Notes: generated by a model from the letters alone, not told the origin. A stretch of 64,000 nt of DNA from Bacillota bacterium (GCA_023408075.1 JAEYKW010000015.1:319170-383169); one strand, 5' to 3'. Counted from the stretch's first letter, positions 9,540-20,077 are shown. Made by a program: numbers and translations.

Positions 9540-10118
9540 ATGGAAGACAAAAAAAGGCGCCTTTATGAAAGCGCAAAAGAGCTGTTCAGCCGCAAGGGCT
9601 TTAAAGAGACAAACGTATCCGACATCACGAAAGAAGCCGGTATGGCCGTGGGCACCTTCTACAACTACTACGCGTCCAAAGAAAAGCTGTTTATGGATAT
9701 CTTTCTCGACGAGAACATCAAGCTCAAAAAAAGCATGGTGGACAGCGTCGATGTAGATCAGGAGCCTTTGGGCGTGGCGCGCCGGATGATGGTGCTGAAC
9801 ATGCAGGGCATGCAGGCAAATCCGATACTCAAGGAATGGTATAACAAGAGCGTCTTTGACAAGATTGAGCAGCTTTACCGCGAGGAAAACGGAATCGAGG
9901 CTGTCGATTTCATGTACGACACATTTTTGCATCTCGTGGAGAAATGGCAGGCCGAAGAGAAGATGAGGAAGGATTTAAGCAGCAGAATGATCATGGCCAT
10001 TTTTGCCGCCATCATCAACATCGACACACACAAGGAAGAAATCGGTCTCGAATATTTTCCTGAGCTCATGGAGACGATCACCGAGCTCGTTTTTAAAGGC
10101 TTGTGCGACTATGACTGA
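9540..10118 (+). CDS. TetR/AcrR family transcriptional regulator
   Basis: MEDKKRRLYESAKELFSRKGFKETNVSDITKEAGMAVGTFYNYYASKEKLF is a canonical TetR N-terminus. Confidence 0.85.
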   Translation: MEDKKRRLYESAKELFSRKGFKETNVSDITKEAGMAVGTFYNYYASKEKLFMDIFLDENIKLKKSMVDSVDVDQEPLGVARRMMVLNMQGMQANPILKEWYNKSVFDKIEQLYREENGIEAVDFMYDTFLHLVEKWQAEEKMRKDLSSRMIMAIFAAIINIDTHKEEIGLEYFPELMETITELVFKGLCDYD

Positions 10119-10135
10119 TTTTTTATGCCGCGTAC

Positions 10136-10160
10136 TGAATGAATATAAAATTATTCATTC
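10136..10160. promoter_or_regulatory. Putative TetR operator 2: TGAATGAAT-N8-ATTCATTC
   Basis: Same arms and same 8-bp spacer as operator 1. It lies 17 nt after the TetR stop and 30 nt before the apbE ATG. Confidence 0.55.
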
Positions 10161-10190
10161 GTAATTCAGGGATTGGAGAGGAATTTCAGT

Positions 10191-11156
10191 ATGCGAAGTA
10201 TGGCAACCGCTTCATCATCGTATTTTGGGATGAACACTCCCATCACGCATCAGGTTTTCGGTGTAAATGCGCAAAAAGCGCTGGATGCGGGCAAAAAACG
10301 GCTCAATCGGCTCGAGAAGATGTGGAGCCGGTTCAATCCAACCAGCGAGATCAGCCGGATCAACGCCGGTGCAGGCGGGAAAGACGTGCGCATCAGCCGC
10401 GAAACCGGCGAGCTGCTGGCTCAGGCGAAGAGTTTTTCATCGCTGTCATCGGGGCTGTTCTCCGTCACCGTATGCCCGCTCGTTGACCTCTGGGATTACA
10501 AGCATGCCCGGCATGTGCCTGCCGCCGAAGACATCGCGCGCACACTGCCGCTGGTTAACGACGCGGGCCTGCAGCTCAATGCAGCGGGCGGCATCGCGCG
10601 CCTGACTATGCCGCATCAGTCAATCGATCTTGGCGGCATCGGCAAAGGCTTCGCCTGCGACGAGATCAACAAAACGTTCCAAGAGTACGGCATCACGTCC
10701 GCCGTCACCAACGTCGGCGGCAATGTATCCGTGCTCGGGGCCAAGCCCGACGGAACGCCATGGCGCGTCGGCATCCGCCACCCGCGTCTTAAAGACCGCC
10801 TTCTCGGCTGCCTGCTGGTGACAGACTGTTCCGTGGTGACGTCTGGGGACGACCAGCGCTTCTTTGTGGCGGACAACGGCAAACGCTATCATCACATACT
10901 CGACCCGCAGGTCGGATTTCCTGCGGAATCGGGACTGTTGAGCGTTACCGTTGTGGCCAAAAGCTCGGCTGCCGCCGACGCACTCTCCACGATACTGTTC
11001 ATCGCGGGCATCGAAAAAGGCCTTGAGATTTTAAGCCAGTTCCCAAGGGCCGAGGCTGTATTTTTCACGGCGGATCGCCAAGTCTGTTTGACATCGGGGC
11101 TGAAAGACAGCTTTCTGACCGATGTGAATATGAAGATATCTTATTTAGAGAAATGA
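10191..11156 (+). CDS. apbE: FAD:protein FMN transferase (ApbE/Ftp)
   Basis: GGAGAGG RBS then ATG 10191. ApbE-like motifs DLGGIGKGFA and TSGDDQRFF. 321 aa. Confidence 0.85.
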   Translation: MRSMATASSSYFGMNTPITHQVFGVNAQKALDAGKKRLNRLEKMWSRFNPTSEISRINAGAGGKDVRISRETGELLAQAKSFSSLSSGLFSVTVCPLVDLWDYKHARHVPAAEDIARTLPLVNDAGLQLNAAGGIARLTMPHQSIDLGGIGKGFACDEINKTFQEYGITSAVTNVGGNVSVLGAKPDGTPWRVGIRHPRLKDRLLGCLLVTDCSVVTSGDDQRFFVADNGKRYHHILDPQVGFPAESGLLSVTVVAKSSAAADALSTILFIAGIEKGLEILSQFPRAEAVFFTADRQVCLTSGLKDSFLTDVNMKISYLEK

Positions 11157-11166
11157 GGAAATTAAA

Positions 11167-11610
11167 TTGAAACGAAGAAAGGGGAAGGTATTTATGTGGA
11201 TTGCGATTGGAATTGTCGGTGTTATCGTGGCGGGGGGCCTCATCGGCATGTTCGCGACAGCACCGGGCCGGGAGGAGCTTAAAAAGATGATCATTGCCGA
11301 TGTGGATTTTGCATCGCTGCGCGACGGCACCTACGACGGCACCTATATCGGCTCAAAGAATCATCTCAACGATGCGGAAGTGGAGGCCACCGTCTCTTCC
11401 GGCAAAGTCACGGGTGTTAAAGTGCTCAAAGGCGCGCTCGATAAGGAAGGTAAGCCGTCTCAGATCAATGCGCAGGGCGCGACGGTCACCACCCTGTTCG
11501 ACACTGTGATTGCGTCGCAGTCGCTCGAGGTGGACACAGTCAGCGGCGCAACGCTCACGTCCAAGGCGCATTTAAAGGCGCTCGAAAACGCGCTTGCGCA
11601 GGGCCAATAA
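11167..11610 (+). CDS. Membrane-anchored FMN-binding domain protein (ApbE substrate)
   Basis: N-terminal TM helix (WIAIGIVGVIVAGGLIGMF) and the flavinylation motif DTVSGATLTS near the C-terminus. Confidence 0.8.
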   Translation: MKRRKGKVFMWIAIGIVGVIVAGGLIGMFATAPGREELKKMIIADVDFASLRDGTYDGTYIGSKNHLNDAEVEATVSSGKVTGVKVLKGALDKEGKPSQINAQGATVTTLFDTVIASQSLEVDTVSGATLTSKAHLKALENALAQGQ

Positions 11611-11634
11611 GGGGCCGCTAAGGAGGGAAATACT

Positions 11635-12162
11635 ATGAAAATCGCAGTCGTCTCTTATTCGCTCACGGGCAACAACGAGGCTTTGGCCAAAATGGTCGCC
11701 GAGAGATCCTCCGCCGACCATATCAAAATCACGGAAGCCCTGCCGAGAAAAACGGGCAAAATCATCGGCGATTCGCTTTTTGGCACAACGCCCAAGGTGT
11801 GGCCTGCGCCGTCCTGCATCGATGCGTACGACCTTGTGGTGTTCGTCTCCCCCGTCTGGCTCGGGCAGGCCGCATCACCGCTGCGCCCTTATCTGCAGCG
11901 CATCAAGGATACCGCAAAGCAATACGCGTTCTTCTCGATCTGCGGCGGCGCTCTCGGGCCGAACCCGAAGCTCAAAGGCGATCTCACGAAGCGGACGGGT
12001 GCCGCTCCCGCCGCGTTTGCAGACTTGCATATTGCCGATCTGCTGCCGATCGACAAACCGACAATGAAGGATACCTCGGCTTACCGCTTAAACAGCGCCG
12101 ACGCCAAAAAGCTCGCGGGCAGGATATCCGGTGCGTTGCAAAGCTGCATGGTACTCGCCTAA
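11635..12162 (+). CDS. Flavodoxin-like fold protein
   Basis: MKIAVVSYSLTGNNEALA... and VFVSPVW motifs, with AGGAGGG upstream of the ATG. Confidence 0.6.
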   Translation: MKIAVVSYSLTGNNEALAKMVAERSSADHIKITEALPRKTGKIIGDSLFGTTPKVWPAPSCIDAYDLVVFVSPVWLGQAASPLRPYLQRIKDTAKQYAFFSICGGALGPNPKLKGDLTKRTGAAPAAFADLHIADLLPIDKPTMKDTSAYRLNSADAKKLAGRISGALQSCMVLA

Positions 12163-12242
12163 ATAAAAGCAGAAACAGTCTTTTCATCGCACGCCGAAAA
12201 CCTTATAATGGCCTCAAGAACGGTCAAAAGAAGGGATGCGGC

Positions 12243-12623
12243 GTGTTTTTTATCGGCATATTCGGCGTTGAAGACAGGGAGAAGCCTATCAAAGACTTCG
12301 CGAATGTGGTCTGCCCTGTCTGCGGACGGCTCACATCCCCTCATTTTTTTGAGCGCTACACGTATTTTCATGTGTTCTTCGTTCCCACCTTCCGGTGGAA
12401 CAAACACTTTTTTGTGAAGCTGCGCTGCTGCGGCGCGATCTACGAGGCAGACGCGGCCTATGCGCAGGAGCTCAAAACCGCTGCCGGTATTGATTTCAGT
12501 CGGCTTAAGAAAATATCCGGCGGCTTCGGCGGCTTTGAGGATATGTTTGCGCACTGTTCCCGTTGCGGCGCGGAGTTTGACGCGAGCTTTGCCTATTGCC
12601 CGCACTGCGGCGCAAAAAAATAA
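12243..12623 (+). CDS. Zinc-ribbon domain protein
   Basis: GTG 12243 after AAGAAGGGA. Two CxxC pairs (CPVCG ... CSRCG ... CPHCG). Only the 3' third of ORF 11799..12623 is credible, because the rest overlaps the flavodoxin-like gene. Confidence 0.55.
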   Translation: MFFIGIFGVEDREKPIKDFANVVCPVCGRLTSPHFFERYTYFHVFFVPTFRWNKHFFVKLRCCGAIYEADAAYAQELKTAAGIDFSRLKKISGGFGGFEDMFAHCSRCGAEFDASFAYCPHCGAKK

Positions 12624-12707
12624 GTATACTTTTTTCCAACATGACACATAGGTGTCATATTCCCCGTGCTATCATCGACTCATGATATAAACGTAAAGGA
12701 GATTGTG

Positions 12708-13340
12708 ATGACTGCCGACGATTATCAGGCGCTGATTAAAAAGCTCTATTTCCCCAAAAAGCCGGAGATTCTCACGGTTCCGCCGCTGCAATACGCGATG
12801 ATTGACGGCCAAGGCGACCCGAATACGAGCGAGAGCTTCCAGAATGCGGTCGGTGCGCTGTATGCGGTTTCCTGGGGCATTAAAATGCTGCCCAAAAAAG
12901 GCGTCGTGCCGGACGGGTATTTTGAATACAAGGTGAATGCGCTCGAAGGCCTGTGGGATATGACGGTGGGTACCGATTTTACCGGCACCAACAAGGACGC
13001 GTTCGTCTGGACGCTGATGATACAGCAGCCGCCGTTTGTCACGCAGGCGCTGTTTGAAAGCGTGCGCGAGATGCAGCTTAAAAAGAAAGGCAACGACGCC
13101 ATCAAAGACGTGCGCCTTGAGACGCTCGACGAAGGGCTCTGCTGTCAGGCGCTGCACATCGGCCCGTTTGATACCGAACCGGCCACGTTTGAAGCGATGC
13201 ACCAATATATTGAGACGCAGAATTATGCGCGATCGTCTCACCGGCACCACGAGATATACATGTCGGATTTCCGCAAGGTCGTGCCCGAGAAGTGCAAGAC
13301 GGTACTGCGGTTTGGCGTAAAGGAAAAACAGGCTGAGTGA
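12708..13340 (+). CDS. GyrI-like small-molecule-binding domain protein
   Basis: AGGAGATTGTG-ATG at 12708. The pattern YAMIDGQGDPNTS...ALYAVSWGIK...HEIYMSDFRK is typical of the GyrI-like/YdeE family as I recall it. Confidence 0.65.
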   Translation: MTADDYQALIKKLYFPKKPEILTVPPLQYAMIDGQGDPNTSESFQNAVGALYAVSWGIKMLPKKGVVPDGYFEYKVNALEGLWDMTVGTDFTGTNKDAFVWTLMIQQPPFVTQALFESVREMQLKKKGNDAIKDVRLETLDEGLCCQALHIGPFDTEPATFEAMHQYIETQNYARSSHRHHEIYMSDFRKVVPEKCKTVLRFGVKEKQAE

Positions 13341-13433
13341 AGACTTTTGATAAGATACCTGATAATTCAACACATCAGTGAGATGGTTGTCGCTTAGCTG
13401 AGTCCCCGGCTTTTCTGCCGTCAGCATACGGCT

Positions 13434-13625
13434 TTATTTTATTATCTTTTTGCAGTAGTCGTTAACCACCCGGCACATTTCATCCTGCGTGGGTTTAGAA
13501 AGGTCAGCATAGCCGCAATATGTACATTTATGATCCGATTCCCTAAGCGCTGTGATAATGTTTCCGCAATTGTTGCACTTGAAGGTAATCAAGTAGAGCG
13601 TATCAGAGAGTTCATTTTTATCCAT
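13434..13625 (-). CDS. Small zinc-ribbon hypothetical protein
   Basis: 63 aa with CNNCG ... CTYCG. Confidence 0.4.
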   Translation of the reverse strand: MDKNELSDTLYLITFKCNNCGNIITALRESDHKCTYCGYADLSKPTQDEMCRVVNDYCKKIIK

Positions 13626-13834
13626 GAGTATAGTCCTTTTTTTACCGTGTCCATGTATTCTGTGACCATCATATCACATGTGGGATAATGTGTCTTGTAT
13701 AATAAAGAAACGAATTGAAAATTCCCGCTAATCAAATACCCTCTGTTTCGCTGCGCGGCAAAGGTCGTATATATAATCGGCATGCGCGCACGCTGCCCGC
13801 AAGCAGTTTTTAACCTTCATCATCAGGAGGGGAC

Positions 13835-14701
13835 ATGATAAGCAGAGAAAAAGTATTCGAGATGCTGGAAAACTCCGATAAGCTGCCAAAGCTCTCCCCC
13901 AGCATCAGCGACATTCTGTCTATGCTGAAAGACCCGGCAGACGTGGACATTGATGTGCTGGCTCAAAAGGTGTCCCAATTCGGCCAGCTGGATAATCTCG
14001 TCATCAGAAATTTCAACTCCGGATACTTCGGCGCGGGCAAAAAAATCGTCTCAATCAAGGACGCCGTGGTTTTCCTCGGCATGCATACTGTACAGAACAT
14101 TATTATATTTTTCATTTCACGCCAGCTTTTTTCGGATGTGCCGCGCGAAAACAAATTAAGATCGTTTGATATGCCCCGGTATTGGCGGCACATTATCGGG
14201 ACTTCTGCGGCAAGCGATATGCTCTCCTCGCGCATTAGGCAGGGCGACAAATACAGGCTGTTTTCTTATGGACTGCTTCACGATATCGGCATTGCGCTGC
14301 TCGATGCCTGCCTGCCCGGTTTGATGGATGAGGTGGCTCAAAAGGTCAGCAATGGGGTTCATCAGCTGGTGGCCGAGCGTTTGGTTTTCGGCGGCCTCAC
14401 CCATTCGGAGATCGGCGCGTGGCTGTGCCGCAAATGGAACATACGCGAGGACATTACCGAAATTGTGGAGTATCATCATACGCCTTCGCTTGCGAAAACG
14501 GATTCCGTCGATTTGAAGATTGTGCATGCTGCGGACATGTTCAGCACGATGTATTATGAAAAGCTGCTGGGGCTGAGCACGAATCTTGAGTTCAACAGCA
14601 AGATTCTCGATTCGCTTGGTGTGTCGGATGATGATAAAGCGGCGATTATAGGGGCGCTGCCGCAAGAGGTGGAAAAGCTGCATAATGACTTCATCGTATA
14701 G
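13835..14701 (+). CDS. HDOD domain-containing signalling protein
   Basis: GGAGGGGAC-ATG. HDOD-type layout with LLHDIG and EYHH motifs. Confidence 0.75.
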   Translation: MISREKVFEMLENSDKLPKLSPSISDILSMLKDPADVDIDVLAQKVSQFGQLDNLVIRNFNSGYFGAGKKIVSIKDAVVFLGMHTVQNIIIFFISRQLFSDVPRENKLRSFDMPRYWRHIIGTSAASDMLSSRIRQGDKYRLFSYGLLHDIGIALLDACLPGLMDEVAQKVSNGVHQLVAERLVFGGLTHSEIGAWLCRKWNIREDITEIVEYHHTPSLAKTDSVDLKIVHAADMFSTMYYEKLLGLSTNLEFNSKILDSLGVSDDDKAAIIGALPQEVEKLHNDFIV

Positions 14702-14958
14702 GCTCTATAAAAACGGTTATTTGTTGTGGAGCATTTTAGAAATCAAAACTATATTAGCTGAACCGTGCTCACAGAATGCGCATGAAACGAATGACAGCCT
14801 TGGAACTAAGTAAATATAATACTGCTTAGCCTAAGTTCTTAACACTACCCTCCAAATTATCACTCACACTATATTTACAATATTGGATATTCCGTTGAAG
14901 GATATTGGCAATGTGTGGTATTATTAAAAAAATAAGAAAAATACAACGGAGCAAATAG

Positions 14959-15390
14959 ATGAACTATGAGTTTTGGATTGCCTTTGCAGCAATTATCATA
15001 TCAATATTCTCATTATTCTTTAACACTTGGATCAGTTCGAAAAGAATTAAAAGAGAAAAAGAGTATTCTGCCAAACTTGAATTATACTATAATTTGTTAT
15101 CGTGCATTAGTGAATCGACATCAAAGGATAAGGATATGAAGGAAGCAACTCGGATAAAATTTATTTCTACTAAACAAAAAGCTCTTTTATTATGTAGCAA
15201 AGAAATGATAGACAAAATAGAAATTATTAGGCAATTCAATTTTACGGAAATCAATCCAAATAGACAAGTTGAATGGGCCGCTTTCAAGGATTTACTTCAC
15301 ATGATGAGAAAAGATTTGAATATAGATTCAGATAAACTTGATAATAAAAAAATTGAAGCGTTAATTGGAGGGGACAACTATGGGGCTTGA
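14959..15390 (+). CDS. Hypothetical membrane-anchored protein in an AT-rich islet
   Basis: N-terminal TM (FWIAFAAIIISIFSLFF) and a Lys/Glu-rich body. The surrounding ~0.9 kb is far more AT-rich than its flanks. Confidence 0.45.
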   Translation: MNYEFWIAFAAIIISIFSLFFNTWISSKRIKREKEYSAKLELYYNLLSCISESTSKDKDMKEATRIKFISTKQKALLLCSKEMIDKIEIIRQFNFTEINPNRQVEWAAFKDLLHMMRKDLNIDSDKLDNKKIEALIGGDNYGA

Positions 15391-15626
15391 TCCAAAATAT
15401 TATATGCAACAATCAAGGCAACCTAGATAAGTATGCCTAAGACAATACCTCTTTGTCTGCCAATTTATATATCGTTTTTCCGAATTTCTACAGTTTTCCT
15501 TACTCAATTTAATTAATTAATACCAAGCTTGAACACTTCCCAAAATTTCTTAAAAAAATTTCTACAGTACCTTGTATTATACAATACCGTGTGGTATAGT
15601 GTATTCAACGGAAAGGGAGGTGCGTA

Positions 15627-15944
15627 TTGAACACGCAACTAAAAAAAGGAGTTTTGGAGCTTTGCGTACTCCAACTGCTGCTGGATAAGGACCGATACGG
15701 TTACGAACTGGTGGCTGAAATATCAACGAATGTGGAGATTTCAGAAGGGACGATTTACCCGCTGCTGCGGCGGCTTAAAACCGATGGGCTGGTAAGCACA
15801 TACCTCGAGGAATCAAGCGAGGGCCCGCCGAGGAAGTATTACCGGCTGACACAGACGGGCGAAGAGATGCGTGCGGCGCTTGTGGCAGACTGGTACGCGT
15901 TTACAGGCGGTGTGAACCGCATATTAGGAGGACATAGTGAATAA
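15627..15944 (+). CDS. PadR family transcriptional regulator
   Basis: [25 protein letters not shown]...[16 protein letters not shown] is a canonical PadR wHTH. Confidence 0.9.
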   Translation: MNTQLKKGVLELCVLQLLLDKDRYGYELVAEISTNVEISEGTIYPLLRRLKTDGLVSTYLEESSEGPPRKYYRLTQTGEEMRAALVADWYAFTGGVNRILGGHSE

Positions 15945-16506
15945 GGAGCAATTTTTAAAGCAGCTCGGCGCGCACCTTAAAAAGCTGACGACAGCCGAGC
16001 GAAACGAAATCCTCGGTGACATTGAAGAATTCTTTGTCTACGCCGCGAGGGACGGCGCCACCGAGGCCGATACCGCCTCGCGGCTCGGAGACCCGAAGAA
16101 GCTCGCAAAGGAATACCTCGTGCAGAGCCACATCGCGAGCGCGAATGTGAAACGGTCACCGAAAAATATGTTCCTCGCGTTTTTATACGCGGCAGGGCTC
16201 GGCACCGTCAATGCGCTTTACGCCATCTTCGTGGTGGGCATCGGCTACATCGTGATCAGCGCACTCTACATCACCGCCGTATCCATCGGTCTCGCGGGCC
16301 TCGCAGCCGTCGTGGCCTCCGCGCTGTCGTTTGCGGGCATGGGCATCATCGTACTGGTCGGCATACTCATCGGTATTGTATTGGTTTGTCTCGGCATCAT
16401 GTTTTTCATCGGCATCATGACAACAACAAGAGTTTTTCACAAGGGAAATATGGCTTTTCTCAACAGAATATCGGATAAGATTAAAGAAGCAGGAGTTAGA
16501 AAATGA
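15937..16506 (+). CDS. DUF1700-type (HAAS) membrane protein, PadR partner
   Basis: 8-nt overlap with padR. N-terminal [33 protein letters not shown], then TM helices. Confidence 0.7.
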   Translation: MNKEQFLKQLGAHLKKLTTAERNEILGDIEEFFVYAARDGATEADTASRLGDPKKLAKEYLVQSHIASANVKRSPKNMFLAFLYAAGLGTVNALYAIFVVGIGYIVISALYITAVSIGLAGLAAVVASALSFAGMGIIVLVGILIGIVLVCLGIMFFIGIMTTTRVFHKGNMAFLNRISDKIKEAGVRK

Positions 16507-17495
16507 GTACCACAAAGAAAGTTTTAATTATCGTAGGGTCCGTGATGCTGGTGTGCATCATTGCGGCAGGCATCGTCATCGGAACGAACTTCAGCAGAAT
16601 TGGCAGCAAAGGCTGGTTCGGCATCTTCTCAAGCCAATCCAACAACATTGAAGAAAGTGCCGATCTTGATTTGAGCGGCATCGAAACAGTCAATGTGGAG
16701 TGCGTGAGCGGTAAAATCATCGTCGCTCCGGGCGAGCCCGGCGCCGAGCTGACGGGCAACATTTTAACCAGCAATCCGAAGGAAAAGTATCTCTCTGTCA
16801 AAAAAGAGGGCGATACGCTGACGGTCAAGTTCGATGCGGATGTGGTTTTCCCGCAGACCATCAATGCCGATGTGACGCTCAGCGTCGCTTTGCCGGCAGA
16901 CATCATGGCGAACCTCAATATCGCGGGTGCCTCGGCCAATACGAACTTGAGCGGCATGACGCTCAAAGATGTGAGAATAGACAGTGCGAGCGGTGCCACA
17001 CGCCTGAGCAACTGCCAAGGCGGGTCGATGAGAATCAACGTGGCCTCCGGCAGCATCAATGTGAACGGCGCGGACTTTGGCAGTGTGGACGCAAGCTGCA
17101 TTTCGGGCAGCGTCGAGGTTGAAGACGTATCAGGCGCCGTTACCGTCAGCAGCACATCGGGCACAGTGCGCGTCACGGATGCTCTGGGCGAAGTCTCAGT
17201 CAACAGCATCTCAGGCTCCGTGTTTGTCACGCAGTCGCAGCAGAACCTCAAAGCGATTCATGTGGGCGTAACAAGCGGCGGCATTGATGTGAGACTGAAC
17301 CCCGACGCCGCATTTGATCTGGCCGTGAATTCCACATCGGGCGGCTTTGGCACCGATTACGACGTGACTGTGAGCGGCAGCATCTCGAAGAACATCATCG
17401 GCGAGAATATTTCGGGCAAGGTGAACGGCGGCGGCGCACTGGTGGACCTCTCCACTGTGTCGGGCGGCATCCGCGCATCGAAGATCAGTGAATAA
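16503..17495 (+). CDS. DUF4097-type beta-strand repeat protein (putative adhesin-like)
   Basis: ATGA overlap with the upstream gene. TM anchor, then repeated SGSI/SGSV-x-V strands (ASGSINVNG, ISGSVEVED, TSGTVRVTD, ISGSVFVTQ). Confidence 0.7.
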   Translation: MSTTKKVLIIVGSVMLVCIIAAGIVIGTNFSRIGSKGWFGIFSSQSNNIEESADLDLSGIETVNVECVSGKIIVAPGEPGAELTGNILTSNPKEKYLSVKKEGDTLTVKFDADVVFPQTINADVTLSVALPADIMANLNIAGASANTNLSGMTLKDVRIDSASGATRLSNCQGGSMRINVASGSINVNGADFGSVDASCISGSVEVEDVSGAVTVSSTSGTVRVTDALGEVSVNSISGSVFVTQSQQNLKAIHVGVTSGGIDVRLNPDAAFDLAVNSTSGGFGTDYDVTVSGSISKNIIGENISGKVNGGGALVDLSTVSGGIRASKISE

Positions 17496-18098
17496 GGTTT
17501 CCGGCAAAAAAACCGTTAAACAGCCGGATAAAGCGCTCCCGATGCCTTGTGCTGCGGGGGCGTTTTTATTTATACGGTCAACGTTCCTTTGGCGTGGAAC
17601 AGCCGCTTGCGAGCGACTGCACCCCTGCCTATGATACCCCTATCGTGTATTCCGTTGCGTAGCCGAATCGCTATTACTGCTCAAAATTATCACGCCATTA
17701 ATAAGCCGCACCACGATAAACGGAAAGCTTCCGAAGCGTTATTCTTTCCACTAATGCTGTGAGCCCACAACGCAGATGACTACAAAGTGGACAAGAACCT
17801 GCTACAGTTCCCCATTTCATTATCGCCGTTCCTCGACCAAATGAATCGCTTTTTAATAGCAGTAATATAGATGACTTTTTTAACACCCCGCAGTCGCTTG
17901 AAAGCGACTCAGGCTGCTGACAGAATTCTGAATGTGCTGAACATAACAGCAATGCCGCAAAACAAAGTGAATCGATTCGCAGGGCTTCTCTTGACAGGGC
18001 TGCTGTCCTCGGCCAGCGGCTGATGAAGCTTCGATATCAGCAGCAATTGAAAATAAAAAAACCTGACCGGTTTCATACCTGCCAGGCGTTCATTTTGC

Positions 18099-19109
18099 TT
18101 ATATAATATGGGCTTTAACTTTGCGGCCGCCGCCCGTCATGCTCCTGATTTCGTCCGCAATGCGCTGCACGGAGGGCACCGCGCTGGCTTCGAGCTCCGG
18201 GCTGAACGGCACCGGTACATCGAGCCCGCAGCAGCGCCGTATCGGCATCATCAGCGATGAAAAAGCCTCGCTCTCGGCCACCGACACCGCAATCTCTCCG
18301 CCGAACCCGCCCGTGCGGCCCGCTTCATGCACGATGAGCAAACGGCCTGTCTTTTTGACCGATGCGATGATCGTCTCCCTGTCGAGCGGCACCAGCGTTC
18401 TTAAATCGACGACTTCGGCGCTCACGCCTTCCTCCGCTTCCATCATTTTGGCCGCTTCGAGGCACGCGGGAAGCATGCGCCCGTATGAGACGACCGTCAA
18501 ATCGCTGCCCGTCCGCTTCACATCCGCTTTGCCGATCGGCACCGTGTATTCCCCGTCCGGCACGGGGCCCTTCGTTGAATAAAGCGTTTTCTGTTCAAGA
18601 AAGACCACGGGGTTGTCGTCGCGTATGGCCGATATCATGAGCCCCTTGGCATCCGCCGGGGTAGACGGCACCACGACTTTGAGCCCCGGCACATTGCAAA
18701 GCCATGCTTCGGGGCATTGGCTATGCTGCGCCGCCGCGCCCGTTCCCGAGCCTGCCGCCGCGCGCACCACAATCGGGACCCGCGATTTTCCGCCGAACAT
18801 ATAGTGAATCTTGGCCGCCTGATTCACAAGCTGATCCATGGCTATACTGATAAAATCGCTGAACATGATCTCCGCCACAGGCCGCATGCCCATCATGGCC
18901 GCGCCCGCCGCCGCCCCCACAATCACAGCTTCGGAAATCGGCGTGTCTTTCACGCGCTCACTTCCAAACTCGTCAATCATTCCTGTGGTCACACCGAAGG
19001 TGCCGCCGTAAATGCCGACATCCTCTCCTATCAGAAACACATTCTCATCGCGGCGCATCTCGACCGTCATGCCTTCGCGTATGGCCTGCGCATATGTCAG
19101 TTCTCTCAT
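18099..19109 (-). CDS. 2-oxoacid (pyruvate/acetoin) dehydrogenase E1 component, beta subunit
   Basis: AGGAGAA RBS then [32 protein letters not shown]... The ORF's 5' extension to 19304 overlaps the alpha gene. Confidence 0.9.
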   Translation of the reverse strand: MRELTYAQAIREGMTVEMRRDENVFLIGEDVGIYGGTFGVTTGMIDEFGSERVKDTPISEAVIVGAAAGAAMMGMRPVAEIMFSDFISIAMDQLVNQAAKIHYMFGGKSRVPIVVRAAAGSGTGAAAQHSQCPEAWLCNVPGLKVVVPSTPADAKGLMISAIRDDNPVVFLEQKTLYSTKGPVPDGEYTVPIGKADVKRTGSDLTVVSYGRMLPACLEAAKMMEAEEGVSAEVVDLRTLVPLDRETIIASVKKTGRLLIVHEAGRTGGFGGEIAVSVAESEAFSSLMMPIRRCCGLDVPVPFSPELEASAVPSVQRIADEIRSMTGGGRKVKAHII

Positions 19110-19120
19110 CCGCTTCTCCT

Positions 19121-20077
19121 TCATGCGTACACGTAATCGCAGACGGTATTCACCGGCGGATACGGGCTGCTTTGCGCAAACTTCACCGCCGCCTCGATAT
19201 CCTGACCGGCGCGGTCTTCTATGCTTTTCAGCCCTTCGGCCGAAAAACGCCCGTCTGCCAACAGATGCACCCGCATGCGCGTGATCGGGTCTTTTTCCTT
19301 CCACTGCGCAATCTCTTCTGCCGTCCTGTATACGTTTTTATCGCTCTTCGAATGCCCGTATATCCGGTATGTTTCGCACACCAGCAGCATCGGGCCGTTT
19401 TCTCTTACATAGTCCATCGCTTTAACAGATTCGCGATAAACCGCCTCGGCGTCGTTGCCGTCTATGCTTTTTCCCTCCATGCCGTAGCTTTGCGCGCGCA
19501 GCGCAATATCGCCGACATTCATCGCGCGGTGCCGGTTCATCGAGAGGCCGTATTGGTTATCTTCGCAAACAAAAAGCACGGGCAGCTTCCAAATGGAAGC
19601 AAGGTTGAGCGATTCATGAAACGAGCCCTGATTGGTTGCGCCGTCACCGAAAAAGCAAACGGCAGCCTGCCCCGTCTTTTTATGCTTCATGGCGAGAGCC
19701 GCTCCCACGGCGAGCGGCACGCCCCCGGCCACCACGCCGTTAGACCCAAGATTGCCGTTTTCGGGATCGGCGATGTGCATCGAGCCTCCCCTGCCGCCGC
19801 AGCTGCCTGTCTGCCTGCCCATCATCTCTGCCATCATTTCACCAAGGTCTATGCCCTTGGCGATGCAATGCCCATGGCCGCGGTGTGTGCTCAGTATCAC
19901 GTCCGTTTCTTCCATCGCGGCAATCACGCCCGCCGCCACAGCCTCTTCTCCCACATAAAGATGCGTGGTGCCGTGCATCGCGCCCATAGAAAAAAGGCGG
20001 GCCACCTCTTCTTCAAAGTATCTGATGAGCAGCATCTTTTCATATATCTGCCCGAGCTTTTCGGTCGCTATGTCCAT
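19121..20077 (-). CDS. 2-oxoacid dehydrogenase E1 component, alpha subunit (TPP-dependent)
   Basis: YRGHGH..., the [11 protein letters not shown] motif and YRxxGHS. Confidence 0.9.
   Translation of the reverse strand: MDIATEKLGQIYEKMLLIRYFEEEVARLFSMGAMHGTTHLYVGEEAVAAGVIAAMEETDVILSTHRGHGHCIAKGIDLGEMMAEMMGRQTGSCGGRGGSMHIADPENGNLGSNGVVAGGVPLAVGAALAMKHKKTGQAAVCFFGDGATNQGSFHESLNLASIWKLPVLFVCEDNQYGLSMNRHRAMNVGDIALRAQSYGMEGKSIDGNDAEAVYRESVKAMDYVRENGPMLLVCETYRIYGHSKSDKNVYRTAEEIAQWKEKDPITRMRVHLLADGRFSAEGLKSIEDRAGQDIEAAVKFAQSSPYPPVNTVCDYVYA

Noticed and set aside
11799-12242. 5' two-thirds of the 274-aa ORF 11799..12623.
   Set aside because: It overlaps the flavodoxin-like gene out of frame with an Arg-rich translation. 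Only the zinc-ribbon part from GTG 12243 is credible.
17698-17952. 84-aa ORF in the non-coding region downstream of the E1 genes, also examined as a possible degraded E2 gene.
   Set aside because: It has no RBS, no lipoyl or catalytic-domain motifs and a Cys/Ser/Leu-rich composition, so it is probably non-coding.
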